Below, in pieces: positions 20,916-32,212 of a stretch of DNA of 64,000 nucleotides. Source of the stretch: Caecitellus pseudoparvulus (Eukaryota; Protista; Bigyra: Bicosoecida); assembly GCA_965644315.1 (NCBI GenBank), contig CBFFRQ010000032.1, positions 496,001 through 560,000 on the forward strand, given 5' to 3'. A model generated the notes under the pieces. It was not told the DNA's origin. It did no database searches and was given only the letters and a program-made list of their open reading frames with translations. Within the stretch, counting starts at the first letter, position 1. The number at the start of each line of letters is the position of its first letter. The position numbers and the translations under genes were made by a program.

Positions 20916-21171
20916 GGGTTTGAGGCCTGAATGCACACCCAGCGCGCGACGTGGCACTCCCACTTGCGCCATTGGCGTTGCCGGCTCGAAGCCAAAAACG
21001 ATGACCGAAACACCACACGTCCAAGCGGCAGTGCAGGGTGCATGCAACGGTTTGCGTGCCTCGGAGCCCTGCACGGAGCTGCCCAGACGGCTTGGGAAGC
21101 CTGCGCTGCGCAAGCGCGGCTGCACGTCACAAGGTTGAGGCAGTGCACTTGCCCCGCCAGCTCACCCCAAG

Positions 21172-24100
21172 ATGCCGAAGCGGGGAGCTGACAAGGAGGC
21201 TGCCCAGGTGGCAGACCTTGTAGACACCATTCGCAAGAAGAAGGGCTTCAAGCAGCTGGTGACGTACAACATCCAGCTGCTCGAGAAGGCAGTCGCTCCG
21301 ACCAAGGACAGGTACGTGCTGTTGGTCTCAGGCCCAGGCCGTGCCGCTGCGCCGCCTGTGAAAGCCAGAGCTGGATATTTGGCCAAGGCTGTACTGGTCG
21401 TGGCTTCCAGCTGCGTGTTGCTTTTCGCGCCGTTCCTGGCCGGCTGTGCGGACGGGGGCCCTGGAAGTGCTCCAACCCACCGGAAGTCTAGACACCTTGA
21501 GCTTGAACCTTGGCCTGCCTGGTCCATTGCTCAGCGCAAGCATGGATAGGCGGCTGTCTGTGGAGTATTTGAGCTTTGTCCTCTTCATTTTCCGTTGCCT
21601 CGTGCCCCGCCCGCTGCCTGCCAGCGCCTGCTGCAACGCTCACCAAGCCCTGCTGTGCACTGCAATATCCGCAGGTCATGGGAGCGCAAGGCGAAGATTG
21701 CCTTCGAAGTCGGGGCTTGCGAACTTCTGGCAGAGCTGCTGGAGTCGTTTGGAACGTCCCCTGAGATCTTCCGCTCCAGCATGCTGGCTCTCAGCGCGCT
21801 GGGGCACTTTGACGCACACCTCGCCCACATGCTGCAGACTGGCATTGCAACACAGATCGTGTCAGCCTGCGCCAGCTACTTCACCAATGCCTGCGAGGAT
21901 GACGACGTGTCTCAGGACACAGCAGACAACATGGAGACGGCCTTCAAGCTGATGAACCGCTTGGCCAGCCACAACGTGCAGGGTTTTGCCGACATTGGCG
22001 GCGTGACCTCCTCCGTCACCATTGCCTTCTCTGCATGCCAGTACACGCCCTCCCGTCCCTCCAAGTACACCGCCAAGTACCTGTCCACGGTGGTGCAGGC
22101 TGCGGGCGTCCTGCTGGACAGCGTGTCTCGCACGAAGGCTGGCATGGACTGCCTGGTGGAGCCCACCATGGTGGACCAGCTGCTGGTGTGTGTGTCCACC
22201 AGCTTCTTCACCAGCACCGCTGAGCCTGGCGCAAACGAAGCCAGGTCCACCTTCCGCAAGACCTTGCCTCCTGCAGCTTCCTCAGGCAGTGGCGACAGCG
22301 CAGATGGCCTGGCAGACCAGCATCTTGGCCCCATTCTCAAGCTGCTGGACCGCCTGTCCCGAACGCAGACTGGGCTGGGGTACCTGCAGGCCAGCACCAG
22401 CGCAGTCACACAGCTTTCAGCGACCATGACCATTGTGCAGCATGTGCCTGCACTGGTGGTGCTGGTGGTGCGCCTGCTGGGGCGTATCCTGGAGGGCGAC
22501 TTCTCACGCTTGCTCACGACTGTGGAAGGCTTCACGCAAGAGGGGGGCGTTGCAGAGGAAGCTGACCGCATCCTGGCAGCTCGCATGTTGGCGTCCTTGC
22601 TGCAGGATGAAGAGTATGTGGAGTTGGTGGCGAGGGCCGGGGCCGGCGATGCCGTCATGCGCCTGCTGGGGGCCGCCCGTGACGTGGACATCCTCGTGGC
22701 CAAGGCGTGCTTGTTCACTGCTTTGCGGGAAGTTGCCGCCTTCTCCACGGAGAACAGGGCGACCCTGGCACAGTCTGATGCTGTGGGCATCACCTGCCGC
22801 GCTCTCGCCGCACACGCTGCGGACCCACTGCTCACCTCGGAGGCGTCCCAGTGCCTCGCGCAAATCATCGACTGCCGTGAAATCGCGGAGTTACTCGTGG
22901 GCACAGAGGTGGAGGTGGACGGTGTTGGAGCCATGGGTGGCACCGACTTGGTGGGGTACCTTGTCTCCGCCCACCAGGAGTCGGCCGATGAAGGCGACGC
23001 AGTGGGCTCCGTGTTGCTGCTGGTGGAGCGCCTGGCGTTCTTCGAGTGTGTCGGCGACGCGGCGTGGTGCCACGCCGTGGCTGACGGCGCCCTGGCTGCC
23101 ATGGGCATTGTCACAGGCAACTTTGAACTGCAGTGCGTCGCTACGGATGTGCTGATTTACCTGGCTGACAACGAAGACGCGACGCGGCACATGGTGCAGG
23201 GAGGCTGCATCGCCCACTGCATCCGCAACCTCAAGGGGGACGCCATCCCCAACGCCGAAGACGCAGCTGCGCTGGGGCTGGTGCGTCCGCCCACCGCTGA
23301 GCTTGCGAAACTCGTCGCTTCGTCCCTGTACCTCATGGCTTCCATGTGCACCGTGCCAGACCATGTGCCCGTGGCCAAGGAAGGCGGCTGCATCAGGGGC
23401 GTGCTGGCAGGCTTCACGCGGTTCCCCACTGACCCCGTCGTGTACGCCAACTTCCGTGACGTCATCCGTGTGCTGAACATCAGCGAGGAGGAGGTGTTGG
23501 AGTCCCTGCACCGCGTAAACTACTGGTGCCGCCAGCTGCGGGCCATGTACACGACGGGGGAGGAGGCCTGGCGCCCTGCAGACGAGCTCATTGCCCTGCG
23601 AGGCGTGGGGCTTCCGGAGGACACTGTGCCTGTCGAGGACACCGCACAGAATGTGTCCAAGATGACCATGACTGCAGCTGCCGAGCTGCTGCTGGAGGGC
23701 ATCTCGCTGCTGGAGGCAGTGGCTGTCTCACCCATGCTGGTGGCGGTCATCGTGCGGGGGGACGGCATTGACTCCCTCCTGCACACCATGCTCATCCTGG
23801 CTTCCATCAAGACCATCAAGCGCTCCACCAAGCCCAAGCTCATCAAGGCTGCGGGGCGCTCCAAGGCAAGCCGTGCCTCCGTCTTCGATGCGGCATCCCT
23901 GCTGGGGCGTGCCGCGGGGCAGGCCAAGAAACTGCCCTCCCAGGGCATCCTTGGCAGCACGCAGGATGAGGTCATGACCCGAGCCTGCAACACGCTGTCG
24001 CAGCTGGCCCGCGTCGCATACGAGGTGTCCAGTGGGGACATGTCCAACGACGCGGACTGGCAGGAGTATGAGGAGGTGTCCTGGGACTCCATTGGGCTGT

Positions 24101-27100
24101 CCACAGACCTGTACTCCCGCAGGGTCATGGACGCCCTCACCCACAGCATGTCCACGCTGACTGGCTTGCAGCTGTTTGCTTCCTCCTCCTTGACCCTCGT
24201 CAGTTGGCTGGCTGTGGGCTCCACGCCGCTGCTGACGCGCACCCAGGTGGAGCTGCTGGTGTCCTCTGGCGTTGTGGAGGCTTGTGTCGCGCTCATGCGG
24301 GCACACCAGAGTTCCATGACCGTGTGCTCTGACGCTGCGGGGGCGCTTTCACGCATCGCAGCCATTAGCAAGGGTGCCGTGGCCGTTACGACCCGAGGCG
24401 CCTCCCGGCAACTCATCCGCATGCTAGGCCCAGCGGCCCGCATGCGCACCGATGCCGGCGATGAGCTTCTGCTGGCGTTCTTGCGCCTGCTGGAGACGTG
24501 TTCGTCTGCGGGCGAGTCCTGCACAATCCTGAAGAAACAGGGCCTCGTGGACGCCGTCGTGGAGGCTGTGGAGGGCATCATTTCCGGCACCTCCTTCGGC
24601 CTCACTGCAGCAGGGGAGGAAGGGGAGGGTGGTGGCGCGACTGGCACAGGGCAGCGCTCAGAGCACATGGTGAACTCCTCCACGCGCTCTGCCATCGAGA
24701 CGACGGTGTCCTCCATCCTGTCCTCCCTTGTGGACCGTGCCGAGGTGCAAAATGTCCTCGTGGACCTCGTCGCGCAGAAGGACAGCCTCATCGAAGCAGT
24801 GCAGACGTACGAAGCTGGCACGACGCTGGCGTGGCCGTCCTTTTCCTACGGTCGCCTCTCGGCGCTGGCGTCTAAGTTCGGCCTGCTCTCCGGCACCGAC
24901 GCCGCCATGCGGGTGGGCGCCGATGTGCTGGCCAGCGGGGCGCAAGCTATGCAAGAGCTTGGGTCCCACGCAGTGTACATCATGGCCACGGACAACGCCG
25001 CAGAAGTCGTGCCAGACCCCGCCACCTGCCAGGCAGAGATGGCCATCCTGCTCCCTGTGACGCTGCGCTCCTTGAAGCAAGTGTTACGCAGCATGGGAGC
25101 TGGACTCAGCCCTGAGGAGCTGGAGCCGGATGAGCTGGAGGCTGTGCGCACCACCGCCCAGAATGCCGCTGAGTACGTGATCACGACGGCACGGGACCAC
25201 CCCGAGCACTCCGGCGATGCTCTCGCTGCCCTCGCTGCCATCGCATTGGAGCCCACCGCTGCCGCGCTGCTGCCTGGTTCTGCTGAGGGTACCGGCATGG
25301 ACATCATCCTCAGCGCCTTCCACCGGGGAGGCGAACTTGGCAATGAGCGGCTGTCCACCGCGTGCATGATCACCCTGAAGGGCATCGCGAGTGTGGAGGA
25401 GATGAAGTCGCACGTTGCCGTGCCGGAGGTGGTGGCCACCACCCTCACACAGCTTGGCGACACGGTGAACGAGGCTGGCGCAGACATGCAGAGCGCAGCC
25501 CTCGCACTGCTGGCGCTGCTGGCGGACAACGAGACCGTTCTGCACGACTTGGTGACGGGCGGCATCTTTGGCATCATTCGCACAATCTTGACCCGGCACT
25601 GCGGTGACCCGTACTCCCCCAACGAGGCCCTGCTGAAGGCCGTCGCTGAGCTGCTGCCACGCCTGTGCTCTGCGTGGGCGGTGGTGGGTGAATCAGCTGA
25701 AGGAGGCGCCGAGGGAGAGTCTGCCTCAGCCGCCGCAGGCACCTTGCGCCGGGTGGCGCGGGTGTCGCAGTCCTCCACCGGGTACTTGGACTCGCCAGAG
25801 ACCATGGTGGCGGTGCTGCACCTCATTGCCCACGCCTGCTCGGCGCGCACGACATCCACCGCAGTGGCCCAGCGCAACAAGGACGCCCTCATGGAGGCGG
25901 GCGCCGACGACATGGTCGTCCTGGCCATGTCCAGCTCCGCTGCCACGGCTGCGGTGCTGTCCAGTGGGCGGCGAGCCCTAGCAGCTCTGGGCCTCTCGTC
26001 CAAGTTCAAGTCGTACGTGCAGCAACTTATGGAGCACTGCGAGAGCATCGACGCATGGCTGGAGGCAGGCTGGGAGCCGGACTGCGCCGAAGTCACGGAG
26101 ATCGTGGCGGGAGGCGGTGACGTGCTGCGGAACATGAGCGCCATGCTGGTCACAGGAGGCGGCGCAGAGGAGGAGGAGGGCGGCGGCGATTCGCTGGAGG
26201 AGGAAATGGTGGCCAACATGCTGTCGGAAGTCATGCTGACTGACATCTTCAATGCTGTGCTGGCCATGATCACGACGCTGTCCCCCATGCAGGTGCAGCG
26301 CAACGACACGGCCTCCATGGCCGGCACCACCGTCGCTGACTGCTACACCAAGCGCGCAGATGCCCTCAGTGTCAGCGTGCAGATCGTTGGACGCCTGGCA
26401 AAGTTGGTGCCACTGGCGCTGCAGGTCAAGGGCGAGGAGGCGGTGGAGGGCGTCAGCGCAGACACCATCGTGGCCACGGCACACGCCGTCATCCGCCTGG
26501 GCGTGGCTGAGGTGCGCGTCGTGGAGTCAGCGGTGCGCGCAGTGCAGGCGTCCCTGGCGGTTTGGCCTGGCGACACCCTGTCTGCCACCGTGTCCCACCG
26601 CCTCGTGCCGACGCTGACCCGCCTTGCTCGCCTCGTGCGCCACGCGCTGCACAAGGCCAAGCTGTCCGGCTCCAACGCCAAGGCGGGCAAGGTGGGCCCC
26701 ATGTCCCACCTGAGCACGTCTGACCTGCACCGCCTGGAGGGTGCCATCGTCACCTGCCTGAGGGAGGTGCAGACCTCCTCTCAGCGCCTGCTGTCGGCTG
26801 GCGGGGAGGATGCCGCCAGCATCAAGACTGGCGCGGCCTTCCTGGACCTCCTGCTGTGTGCCGCCGTCGCCGACCCGCCTGGTGAAGACCCCATTGGTGC
26901 CGACGACGACGGCGACTTGCCTGAGCTCATCAACGCCGTCTTGGATTCAGAGGGCGGCATGGACCTGCTGTGGGAGGCGCTGGAGCTGCTGCCCGCCACC
27001 ATCAAGCCCCGGGCCGTGCGGGGTGGCGGCATGTTCGCCTCCTCCTCCGACAAGTCTGCCGAGCTGCCCGAAGGTGTGGCTGCAGACGAGGAGGAGGAAA

Positions 27101-30100
27101 TGTCCGTGGAGGGCGCGCAGGCCCGCGTGCGCGTGCTGCATGCCCTGCTCAGGGCGGTGATGGAGCGGGAGGTGCCGGAGGATGAGCAGGGACTCCCGGT
27201 GGGACCAGACTCGGCAGTGCTGAACGGCCGAGTGGCTCGCCTGCGTGCGCTGTTTGAAGGCCTCAAGTCTGCAGAGGACCTAGTGTACGGGACCGGCCGC
27301 CGGTGGAAGCGCAAGGTGCTGTCAGGCAAGGACACAACGGGCAAGAGTCCCATCGAACGCTTCCGCCATGCTGCCAAGCAGGTCATGCTGGCCAACCGGT
27401 GGGGAGGCTGGGAGCACGAGGAGCCGTCCAGCAAGCAGCAGGCTGGGGAGGCGGGGATCGCCGCCAACAGCCAGGTGCTGGACGTGACAAAGGCATACGG
27501 CTGTGGTGTGCGCAACCTGGCACTGCGCCTGCTGTCCCGCATGGATGTGGACGGCAGCGACTCCGAAGCACAAGGCCTCATGTGCACGCCTGCGGTGGTG
27601 GGCGACGTCGCGGAGCTGCTCATGTTTGACAAGACGCACCCCTCCGCAGAGCTGGTGTCTGGGGAGCCTGAGGCCGGCACTGAAGAGGAGGGGGAGGAGC
27701 CGGATGCCGTCGCTGCGGTGTTCGGAGGCGTCACGACGGAGGCGCTGCGCGTCATCGCCAGGCTGGCGGGGCTGTACGCGCCCAAGGGCCCCGGCACGGA
27801 GGAGGCTGCATCCCTGCACAAGGCTCGCATCCACGCCATGGCGAAGCTGGGCGTGTTTAACGCGGCGGCCCTCGCCCTGCGGTCCCAGCCCACGAACCTG
27901 ACCTTCGCTCGCGAGGCGGTGCTGCTGCTGAATGGTGTGTGCTCCGTGGATGAGGTGGGTGTCGCGGGCGCAGGGTTGAAGCAGGAGGCCCTGCTGGCCA
28001 TGCAGGCCACTGTCAAGTCCTTCCAGGGAGACCAAGTCGTGCAAGAGGCTGGCTCGGAGTTGGTGGCGGTGCTGTCGGAAGTGTATGCTGGGCAATCAGG
28101 CCGAGTGTTCGGCGTCAAGTGTGGCGGCGCCTCGGAGCAGGCCAAGGACTGCCGGGTCACTCGGCACAAGTCCAGTGACGGCTCGCACTACGAGTACCAG
28201 CTGGGCCCTGGCGAGCGCGTGCGGGAGTGCCCCGCGGAGTTCGCAACCATGATGGAGGGGCTGGTGAAGCTGAACGACATGTCCCGCATGCTGGATGAGA
28301 CGGCGGTGGTGGCGGTGCCGGCGGATGTCATCCAGCGCATGGTGGACGGCATCCACGCCCATGCACACGACCCAGGCGTCAGCGGCATCCTCATCTGCGC
28401 CCTGGGCAAGCTGGCAGAGAACGAAGAGAACCACCCCGCTTTGATGAAGGCCAAGATCGTGGAGACGTGCAAGTCGCTTCTGGCGACCCACGAGGAGGAC
28501 GCCAAGGTGTGCTCGGGCATCGCGGCAGTGTTGCAGCCGCTGTCCTTTGACCCCGACTGCACCATTGCCATCAGCGACTCAGGCTGCACACGGGAACTGG
28601 TGAAGATGACAGAGCGCTTCAAGGGCTTCATGACGCGCTTCTGTGGCCCGCCGATGTCCTGGCCCATGGAGGGTCACGAGGCAGAGAACCAGGAGCCTCT
28701 CATGGCCACGGGGGCGGGGGCGGAGGAGAAGAACACCCTGGACCCCCGCCTGGCCAAGGTGTGCGTGCAGACGCTGGCCAACCTAGCCTGTGCCAACGAG
28801 GAAGAGCCTGCCGAGGCCAGCAACCCCGCCTTCAAGGGCAAGACGCCGCGCAGCGTGGATGTCATCGTGCAGGCCAAGGGCATTGCCACCTTTGGCAGCC
28901 TCATGAAGGAGCACATGGACAACCCCCGCCTGCTAGAGGACGCCATGTGCGCCCTGAGCAACATCGCATACGTGTCCGTGGACATCCAGCTGGAGATCGG
29001 GCGGGTGTGCATCGACACCGTCATCGCCGTGGCCATGAACTTCCACAGCGACGAGCATTTGTTCCGCATGGCCCTGCGCGCCATCGGCAACCTGACCCGG
29101 TGTGACGAGAACATCATGCGCGTCGTGGGGTATGGCGCCATCGAGGCCATCGTGAAGGGCATGCGCTTCCACAAGGGCGTCCCCGAGGTGCTGCAGCTGG
29201 CGGCCGACGTCATCGGCAACTTGGCGTCTGTGGACAAGGAACAGATCTCGATGGAGCTGGGCACCAGCATCCTGCGAGAGTGCAACGATGCCCGCCACGC
29301 CCACGATGCCTCCAATGGGCAAGCGGAGAAAGATGCCTTCCTCAAGCGCATCACGGGCTTGGAGACCGCGAAGGATGCCGTCTGCACTTGTCTGTACGAG
29401 GATGGCGGGCCCCAGGCGCTGCTCGCCGCCATCGAACAGTACAACACAGAAGAGGACCTCGTGACGGCCTGCCTGCGCGCGCTGCACTACGCCGGATCTG
29501 GCGAGGTGCTCATCGGCCGCATGATCGAAGAGCAGGGACTGGTGGACAAGGTCGTCCTCGCAATGCGCTCCTGTGACTACAACTCAGAGCTCTTGCGGCG
29601 TGGCGTGCGTGTGCTGGGCCAAGCGCTGACGGTGGGTGCAGCCCGGCAGCACGTGCTGCGGGCTGGCGTGCCCCAGGTCCTCCTCACTGCCATCGACACG
29701 CACCACCAAGTGGACCCCAGTGACCCCGACAAGACTGCTTCAGCCATGGGCCTGTGCTCCACGTGCTATGCCGTGCTGCACGAGATCCCCTGCGACTCGG
29801 TCTTCAGCAGCGTGCGTGAGCTGGGCAGCATCAACGTCACACTGAAGATCTTGCGGCAGCACATCAAGCATGCCCAATACGCCGCCATCATCCTGTCCGT
29901 GCTGGACGGCTGGTGTGACCAGCCAGACCTGAACGAGATGGTGGCCAAGCAGGGCATGCCCGTCATCATCGACTTGGGTAAGATTCATATGGAGGATGTG
30001 TTCTTGCTGGCGTCTGTGCTGCAGTTCACCAGCAAGCTGGCGAAGCGCGAGCAGAACTACAAGGCACTGCTGGAAGGCAGGGTCATGCAGCTGCTGGAAA

Positions 30101-30852
30101 CCGTCACCACAGACATGCTGCGGAAGAACGCCGCAGACAAGGATGCCGAGATCGCGTACAAGCACCGACCTGTCACCATGCAGTTGGTGCAGCTGATAGC
30201 TCGCCTGGTGCATGCTGGCAAAGAGGCGTGTCACGGGGTGCTGGAGGCGGGCGGCTGGAAGCTGCTGTCCAGCCTCAAAACCGCCTACGAGGCGCTGCAG
30301 AGCGGCGGGCAGATCTTCTACGACCGGGAGACGTGCGAGAGCATCGAAGGCATCCAGGCCGCCCTGAAGAAGCACGAATTTCCCGACCTGGAGATCCCCG
30401 GCTTCAACACGGGCGGGGAGGCTGCAGAGGAGGAGGAGGAGCCTCCCTTGGAGGGCCCCCCTGGGCGCATGTTGGAGACCATGCTGAGCAAGAGCTACAG
30501 TGCCAGCGCGTGGGTGGACTCCTGCAAGCAGAAACTCAAGGTGGCTGTGGCCTTCCTGCCCGTCTCCAAGTCTCTCGTCGTGGAAGCCACTGGGACTGAC
30601 ACGGGCAAGATGCCCGTCGTGACACTGAAGCACAGCGACGTGGGCAAGCCTGTGGAGGCGTTGCCCGATGGCGTCAAGGCAGGCGGCATGTTCAGCAAGG
30701 GCCCCAACGCCAAGAAGGTGCTGCAGCTGAAAAGCGCTGCTGGAGAAGTCCTGGCGGTCATGGAGCTGGACTCTGAGAAGGACAAGGCTGTGTTCAGCAG
30801 TGTCCTGGAGTACATCAAGAAGGGCGGCACCAGAGCTGCTTCAAAGAAGTAG
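21172..30852 (+). CDS. Giant armadillo-repeat protein with C-terminal PH-like domain, GAC (glideosome-associated connector)-like, ~3,105 aa
   Basis: Exon 1 is 21172-21311 (MPKRGADKEAAQVADLVDTIRKKKGFKQLVTYNIQLLEKAVAPTKD). A 363-nt GT-AG intron is followed by exon 2, 21675-30852. ARM-like helices run throughout (e.g. EDAMCALSNIAY...FRMALRAIGNLTRCDENIMRVVGYGAIEAIVKGM...VLQLAADVIGNLAS). There is a beta-rich C-terminal module ending in MELDSEKDKAVF. GC3 codon bias is strong. The ARM call is firm; the GAC homology is from memory. Confidence 0.7.
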
Positions 30853-31195
30853 ACCTCCCACTGCGTTTCCACTTCGCTTGCGGAGGCGCTGGCGAGGCAC
30901 GCTGCCGATTTGCCGGCACACTTGGGCATTACTTGTTGTGTTCTGCACCCCAATGCACGTACGAGTCAAGCTGGTCGGTCACCTTGCCGTGCCGTGCCCT
31001 GGAATCGGTGAGCCTGTCCATGTCGACGAGCCACCAGGTGCTGAGCATGGACAAGCGAAGCGGCCTGGCAGTCCGCCCGGCGTGCAACAACGCAAAACAA
31101 CGCACCTACGAGCAGGAATGCGTCACTCCTTTCCAACACCTACATCGCCAAGAAAGCAGGCGTTGCTCTCGGGCGTAGAGTAGCGGCACACCGCC

Positions 31196-32198
31196 ATGGC
31201 TGAAGCTTCGGGCAGCAGCGCCTCAACGGCACAAGCTGCCCCACTGCAGCATCAAGGCAGGTCACCGCGACTGTCGCATGCTGACGAGGAGCCTGCAACA
31301 CGTGCCGCGTCCGCATCACCTGTGCAGGTGCTGAGGCTTTTGAGGAAGGCGCCGCAGAGGACGAAGCGGCGGGGCTTGAGAAGGCAGACCTGAAGGTGCG
31401 TGTAGAATGGTGACAAGACTCCAGCGCAGCTTGTGACAGCATGACGAGCCGGGCGCAGATCATTTTGCTGGGAGACTCTGCCGTTGGCAAGTCCAAGCTT
31501 GTGGAGCGTTTCCTCATGGACAACTATCACCCACGGCAGGTGCGTGGGCGGTGCCCAGCAGCACTGGCGTTATGCGCCAGCGTTTCACCACGTCTCCGAC
31601 ACCGAGCACCTGCGCGCCCTGCAGCGGTCGACGTTCGCCTTGACTTTATTTCGACACGAGACCACTGTTGATGATCAGCCTGTCAAAGTTGGTGAGTGTC
31701 CCCTGTGCGGCCGCCACAGCTCCCAGCGCCCCATCACTTTCCCACCGCCTGGCTGGTGCTGTGCCGACAGACTTCTGGGACACCGCGGGGCAGGAACGCT
31801 TCGCGTCCATGCACCCCAGCTACTACTACAGGGCTCACGCCTGCATCCTGTGCTTTGACATCACGCGCCAGGAGACGTACATCAACCTGAAGCAGTGGTA
31901 CAAGGAGCTGCGGCAGTACTGCGAGAGCATCCCCGTCATCTGCGTCGCCAACAAAATCGACGAAGACATGCGGGTGACCCGGAAGCGGTTCAAGTTCCCC
32001 ACCGACCACGGCATGAAGTTCTTCTTCGTCTCCGCCGCAGACGGCACCAACGTCGTGCAGATGTTCCAAGAGGCCGTGCAGCAGGCGTGGGAGGCGAAGC
32101 AGAAGGACGGTGACTTCATGACAGAGCTCATGACCCTGCTGGAGGACGACACGCTGGGCGCTGCAGGGGGGGGCGACGCGCCCGCACCTGCTCCCTGA
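31196..32198 (+). CDS. RABL2: Rab-like protein 2 (ciliary small GTPase)
   Basis: Exons 31196-31256 (uncertain), 31328-31395, 31459-31539, 31625-31691 and 31771-32198. They give ADLKIILLGDSAVGKSKLVERFLMDNYHPRQRSTFALTLFRH...DFWDTAGQERFASMHPSYYYRAHACILCFDITR...ANKID...FVSAADGTNVV. There is no C-terminal prenylation Cys, which is characteristic of RABL2. Confidence 0.93.
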
Positions 32199-32205
32199 AT
32201 GCATT
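32198..32205. terminator. Palindromic AATGCATT between convergent RABL2 and kinase stop codons; candidate bidirectional 3'-end signal
   Basis: The sequence TGA-ATGCATTGCAAATG-TCA gives AATGCA on both strands in a 14-nt gap. The same hexamer follows most stop codons in the window. Confidence 0.5.
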
Positions 32206-32212
32206 GCAAATG

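Noticed and set aside
21312-21674. Unusually long (363-nt) first intron of the GAC-like gene as a possible snoRNA or extra-exon host
   Set aside because: I could not identify C/D or H/ACA boxes with terminal stems, and no extra exon is needed to keep frame.
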